A stretch of 62,283 nt of DNA, filler included. It is 5 parts of 5 records of this genome, joined end to end, with 100 filler letters (N's around TTAATTAATTAA, not from the genome) between each part and the next. Parts side by side here need not be neighbours in the genome. Positions count along the whole stretch, not along the records: positions 49,190 to 62,283 come from SRR20825019_1488; 4 more parts are not named here. The stretch is one strand, 5' to 3'. The position numbers and the translations under genes are program-made. Under the pieces are notes generated by a model, which saw only the letters and a program-made list of their open reading frames with translations, made no database searches and had not been told where the DNA came from. Positions 57,101 through 62,283 of this stretch are shown here, piece after piece; the first letter of the stretch is position 1, and each line of letters begins with the position of its first letter.

Positions 57101-57569
57101 GCTGGTAGGGGTTTTGATATCAGCACCGTTTCACGCGTACAAGGGGGAACTGAGGTAACTTACCCTCCAAAGCCTTTTTCTTGGCTTCTCGCTCCTCCTT
57201 CTTCCTCTTCTTTTCCTCCTGCTTCCTCTTTCGCTCTCCATCACTGTCGTCCTCCGAGTCACTCAAAAGCCCCAAAACCTGTACACCAAATGGAAGTTAG
57301 GCCAACATTCTCTGCCCCAACCTCGACAACTTACGGCTGCGGCACCGGCGCCACGAGGAGTCTCGGCCGAAGTTGGCCGCGAGGAGGTCAAGCTTGGAGC
57401 ATCAAGCAGACCAAAACCACCCCCTCCAGACTTTTTGGGCATCATGGGGTCGTCATCACTATCGTCATTAGAGACGGGTCTATTGTAACTAGTGTTATCA
57501 CCCCTCCTACACCCACACTTTCCACGATACACACCTTGCGCCCGATATGGGAGCCAAGCCTCCGAACAT
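51188..57569 (-). CDS. Multi-exon coiled-coil protein, FBF1 (ciliary transition-fibre)-like
   Basis: Start MFGGLAPISGAR then an intron; low-complexity N-half; coiled-coil exons RMVDEERSRLENMM and EDERQRLAQEHARLE recall FBF1; exon structure only partly resolved. Confidence 0.6.
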
Positions 57570-58475
57570 GGCTCACTGCAGTGGGCCGCCTTCGATACAA
57601 CAGTGGGTAGTTTTGTTGATTGTAACAACACATATTCTTAAACAAGTCACGGGCAATGTATTGGAACGCCAGGTTGCTGTGGACACGGGCCATCTGGGGT
57701 CGCTAGTGGGGTTGGGTTGGAGTGATTACAAGGCCGAATCTTGCTTTCACGGTCGTTCTGTCGGCCGGCCGGGCCGAGTGCAGTCCTGGCCACTGACGGG
57801 AGCAGCGCAACTTCCGGGGTCGGGAGCCGCCCCGCCCCGAGCCCGCGGCGTCAGGCCCGCGGCCGGGCCGCGTTACCCGGGGCGCCCGGCCGCAGACCCG
57901 GGCGCGGGGCGCCGCCGGCGCCGGGCCGCCCCGCGCACTCCCGGGGAAATTCAAAGTCATCAACAGTTTCCCATCGATCAACACTTAGAAGCGGTTCCTC
58001 TATTTAATGGATAGGGTTCGCTATGTCGAGATGCGTAGGGGCGGCTCAAGCACTGGCCTAGCTGAGAGGCTATTTGGGCGGCCGGACGCGTGACTGTTTC
58101 ACTCAGTCTGGGACCGCGCCCCGAAGCCGGGGCTCGCTTTCGCTCGCACTCACTAGCGGCCCGTGACGGCCACGCCGTCCCGCGCGGCCGCCGGCCGGCG
58201 GCTGGCCGCAGCCACACTCACTGTCAGCTGGCCGCAGCGCGCCCTCAGACATCCGGCATTCTAGAGGCGCGCTGCTGGAGTTCGCGGGAGCCGAGCGCCG
58301 CCCGTCCGGGCCGCGTGGAACCAACGTCACCAGACCCAACTGACCTCCTGACCGCAGTCTGGCCAGCCATGCTCGGCAATACGACTGTTACCGCATCAGT
58401 TACAAATGTCAAATCAGCTGCGTTAGGGTATATGTATTGTGGGTGTGACGGGGTCACAGAGTTGGCTGCGCAGTC

Positions 58476-61400
58476 ATGGGCGCCTTATCCTTGAAGGCCT
58501 GCGCAGTTGCTGTTGCACTACTTTTAGCAGTAGCATGCAGCCACGCAAGTGAGCCTTCTCGAGGCAAACACATTTGCGACGTGGACTGTCTTCAACAAGC
58601 TACGGGTTGGCAGCCTGAAGTGGACCTTAAAGTGGCAGAAGATACTGTGAAGTCGACTCATCCAGTTCAAGCATTCCTAACCGCCATCTTTCTTGACCTT
58701 GACGAGCGGGTCGTGGAAAACGAGAAGATACTTACAAAGGATGGGAGTTTAAACCATTTGGGGTTGACCATAGATCGCAAGGTTGGGGAGGGAAGATATG
58801 CGACAGCGTACCTGGTGCATGTGACGACGAGAGTTTCACTGCGCCTCATTACTGACTCGCTTAAAGTCGGTGATTCTATGATTATGAAGGTTCCAAAGTT
58901 CAACAATGACGTTACAAGGAACGAGGAAATTGCGAGGGTTATGGCGAGTGAGTAGAGTCTTGCAGTTCTTTTTTTGGTCTTGACCTGATTGACATTGTTT
59001 CTGTAGACGAGTTCGCGGTCATGTCACATTTGTCCGTACTTGAAAAACTTGCGGCGGAGAAAGGAAGGCAAAAGGACTACAGAAACATATTGAAGTACTA
59101 TGGCTACACATACCTTGAGGAAGATGCTCTAGCAGGTATGCATGATCATCTTCCATATTGGTTGGAGTGCAGTTTTGCTGACATGCTGATCTAGACATGC
59201 CTGACTCATACAATATGATCGCGCCCGTCAAGCAGATCTCCGACGAGACACCACTGGATAAGCAAAACCAACGTAACATATACAATCTTATTACTGCAGC
59301 ACATCTCAACCAACATGTGGTCACTGCGGCTATATACGAGAATTGTCGATATGGCGATGTCCAATCAATGTTGGACTCGAACGAGTCAGTGTTGTTCGGT
59401 GTGATAGGATCATCGTTGTGTTGACCGCTCTCCACAGTTTCAGTGACATGGCGCGTGGGGATAACCATGATGCGTATTATAGGATTATGGATGGCGTGTT
59501 AAATGGCCTCAGCTTCTTATCAAATCCAGTGAAGATCGGATCAACAGGGGGTGAGTTTCGTTCTTTTTCTCCTTCCTATTGAGACTGACGGCGCATGCAG
59601 ATGAAGCTATGGTTGCTCATCGAGATATCAAACCTGCAAATATATTTGTGTGTCGTGATCCGACGCGGGATGGTGGAAAAGTGGCGAAGATTGGGGACTT
59701 TGGGCTGGCTCAGCATGCTGTGAAACCAAAGGGTGTGTACTTGAAAATATGGGATAATTGACATTGGTATTGACTAGTGCCTTGTAGAATTTCGTAATGC
59801 GAGGGCAGTTGCCGCCTTCACCAATGCTTACATGACGACTGTTATTGGGACGGAGGAGTATGCTCCCCCTGAGTTGCATGCATTGACGAAGATGAGAAAA
59901 GACCAAGACAAAGGAAAGGAATTTGCTGATGCATACCACCTCTCTTGGAACGGATTTAGCGAGCCTAAGGATCTTATTCGTCGATTAGCATCTTCGAAGG
60001 AGGATAGAGCTGTAAATAATTCTTCCGCTAGAGGGTCATTGTGAGGAGCTAACCAGATGTACAGAGTGTAAAGTGGATGCGCGCATCAACCCATATTGAT
60101 GCAATCTGGGCACGTGATATCTGGTCAGCAGGAATAACCTTTTTCTTGTTGTTGACGAATAAGCCTTCAAGGAAAAAGGAAGTAAGTATTTTTGGTTGCT
60201 TGGCTGTTCGATTGTTTCGTACTTTGGAGGTTTGTTCGTTTGGCTGTGGGTTGTAGGGGACTGGAACAGCTCTCTCCTTGCTAACCCGCTGCATAGGATT
60301 TTTTGGGACTACGCCGTGATGCGGCCATGACTATTCAGGACTACATCCTGGAAGGGTGCGGGAACAACAAAGTATTCTTTGATCCCGATCCCATTGGTGG
60401 GTCAAGTTCGATTTGGCGGGAGTAAGTCGAGTGTGGTAACATAGCATTATTTACTCATGTGCCTCCTCCTTTGCAGCGTATACCGTCAATATGGAGAGGA
60501 AAGCACCGTTGTCAAGCTGCTGCAGGGGATGTTGAGCTGTAATCCGCTCGATCGCCCGAATCCTTACCAGGCCCGGTACTTATTGCGTAAGACTGCTCTC
60601 CGGAAGGCGGTTCGACAAGTGAGTCACGCCCTCTAGTGCACCCTGTGGCGATGAGAAAATTAATATGTTCTTAGAATTGTTTTTCTCATTGCGTTGACGG
60701 CATTATGCACAAGCGTTCGGAAACCGAGAGAGCACAGGTCCAGAAGCAACTGCAGTCCCGTTTATTGAAGCCGAGGTTGCCTTATGTAATCCGGACCGCG
60801 TTAGTGGAGATAGAGGAGGTATGCTTACATGGCGTCATTCGCTATGATAAGGAGTGGCCTACTACGTGGGAGAGCAAGTGGGGCGAATTTCCACCTGAAT
60901 GCCGAGAGCTCAATTTTGTTATCGAGAATGAAATGGGTGGGTCGAGCCGGCGCACGTCTTCGCGACTGGGATCGACAATCCTCGATGACGTTGCTCGTAG
61001 ATTGAACTTTGATGACGTGTCCGCGGACTCCGGACGCCCAATCTACAGGAGTGCCAGCCCGTTAAGTCCATCTGGGCAGGAGTATGACCTAAGCAGAGGT
61101 GAACCTGCACTAGATGCCGAGGCGGGTGATGATGAGAATCCTGTGGAAAAGAATCGCATGTTCTTCCTTTCCAAACGCTCAAAATCTCGAAAGCGTTCGG
61201 GAAATACTCGGGTGCGACGCGAGGATGAGCACGAAACTGATAGTGGGGCGACTACTGCTGTGGTCGGGGCCGGTTCCAATGAATCGGATGAGTATGAAAC
61301 GGATCCCGATACATCCTCTGAATATGAATATGGTGATGATGGTGATGATGGTGATGCAGATGTCGATTTATTTTCGCCCAGATTTGAAAGAGAGCGTCGC

Positions 61401-61616
61401 GATCTTATGAGACAATCATCATTTGTTTCTTCTGTGACTGAACTTGACCGTGACGCTGAGCCCGGTCTCAGGGGTGAAGCCAGCTACGGTTTAGACCAGC
61501 CTTCACCTTTGCTTGCTTCTGGTTCTGATAGGTCATTTGTACTAGAGCCAGGCCAGGCACCTCCTCTGGTTCGGAGGAATGGCGCTAGAGATGTTACTGA
61601 CTTACAAGATGGATAG
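58476..61616 (+). CDS. Multi-exon Ser/Thr protein kinase with N-terminal signal peptide
   Basis: GEGRYATAY, MKVPK, HRDIKPANI, KIGDFGLA, GTEEYAPPE, DIWSAG across GT-AG introns (e.g. 58948-59006, 59136-59194); long acidic final exon. Confidence 0.88.
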
Positions 61617-62283
61617 TAGGGAGGCAACTGAAGCATGTCTGTACGGCATATCATATACACTATTGCAGAAAAGATGCAATGCAAAGGGCGTGTTGCATTG
61701 CGCTTTCCGTTCGTTTTGAATTGCGGGAAATGATGACGCCGGCAGTGCTAAGGTGCCTCTGATGCACCCATCCATAGTTTACCGGCAATAGTGACAAAGA
61801 CTTCGGACAGCAATTGCGCGAAGTTGCTCAGTAAAGAATATCCAAGCACTGCAAAATGATTTGGTCGAATATTGTCTTGCACTGGTCAAAAACTCACATT
61901 GTCTCATGCAAAGGTGCATATGTACCCTATATAGAGAGCCACGACTCCAAACGGAAAACTCAAAGTCGCGAGCATCATCACCTAAAGTGGACTGTTGTCA
62001 GCGTGTACACTGCCCTGGGTGCCAAAGGAGCCGAGTCTACAGGATACGAGGAGTTGAAGCATCCCAAGCGGCCAGCGTACTGCGCTGGACTGTCGACAAG
62101 TCCTTCCCGGTTCGCGGTTCGGGTTCACCGTCGGGCCCGGGCGGCCGGCCGGGCGCCCGGGCGCCGCGCCCAAGGGGACGGGAGTCATCACTCGATCGGA
62201 TCCGACGGATCGGACTGGACCCGCCCCGGCGTGGCCCGTCCCGGGCCCCGGCGGCCGTGCGCGCCCCCCCGGCCCCCCCCCCC

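Noticed and set aside
49190-62283. Short ORFs as separate genes, or GC blocks as CRISPR/telomeric repeats
   Set aside because: The ORFs are exon fragments or antisense frames, and no regular repeat-spacer or telomeric periodicity is visible

Overview
The window is five unrelated contigs joined by artificial N-TTAATTAATTAA-N linkers. (1) 1-20809 is part of an AT-rich, gene-rich protist mitochondrial genome with UGA read as Trp. It carries nad1/4L/5/6/7/9/10, atp6, cox11, sdh3/4, rps2/3/4/11/13/19, rpl5/14/16/27/31, ten tRNAs, a bacterial-type RNase P RNA, a group I intron with a LAGLIDADG ORF in nad5, a split rps3, an orphan ORF and unassigned structured spacers. (2) 20910-28847 is Flavobacteriaceae-like: a methylmalonyl-CoA mutase operon interrupted by two paralogous lipoproteins, ftsB-like, udk, an MFS transporter and dnaK. 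(3) 28948-40929 is a GC-rich, alphaproteobacterial-like catabolic locus: GntR, TctCBA, enolase-family dehydratase, Mo-bisPGD reductase and Fe-ADH, divergent from a thiol dioxygenase-like cupin, a multi-domain rhodanese and a 2-hydroxyacid dehydrogenase. It probably degrades an organosulfur acid. (4) 41030-49089 is Flavobacteriaceae-like: katG, DinB, a SYLF protein, a TonB receptor/DUF5689-LTD/EEP nuclease module and mazEF. (5) 49190-62283 is eukaryotic nuclear DNA with introns of about 50-60 nt: an aldo-keto reductase, an FBF1-like coiled-coil gene and a signal-peptide protein kinase, separated by very GC-rich intergenic blocks. All calls come from motif recognition by eye; no searches were run.
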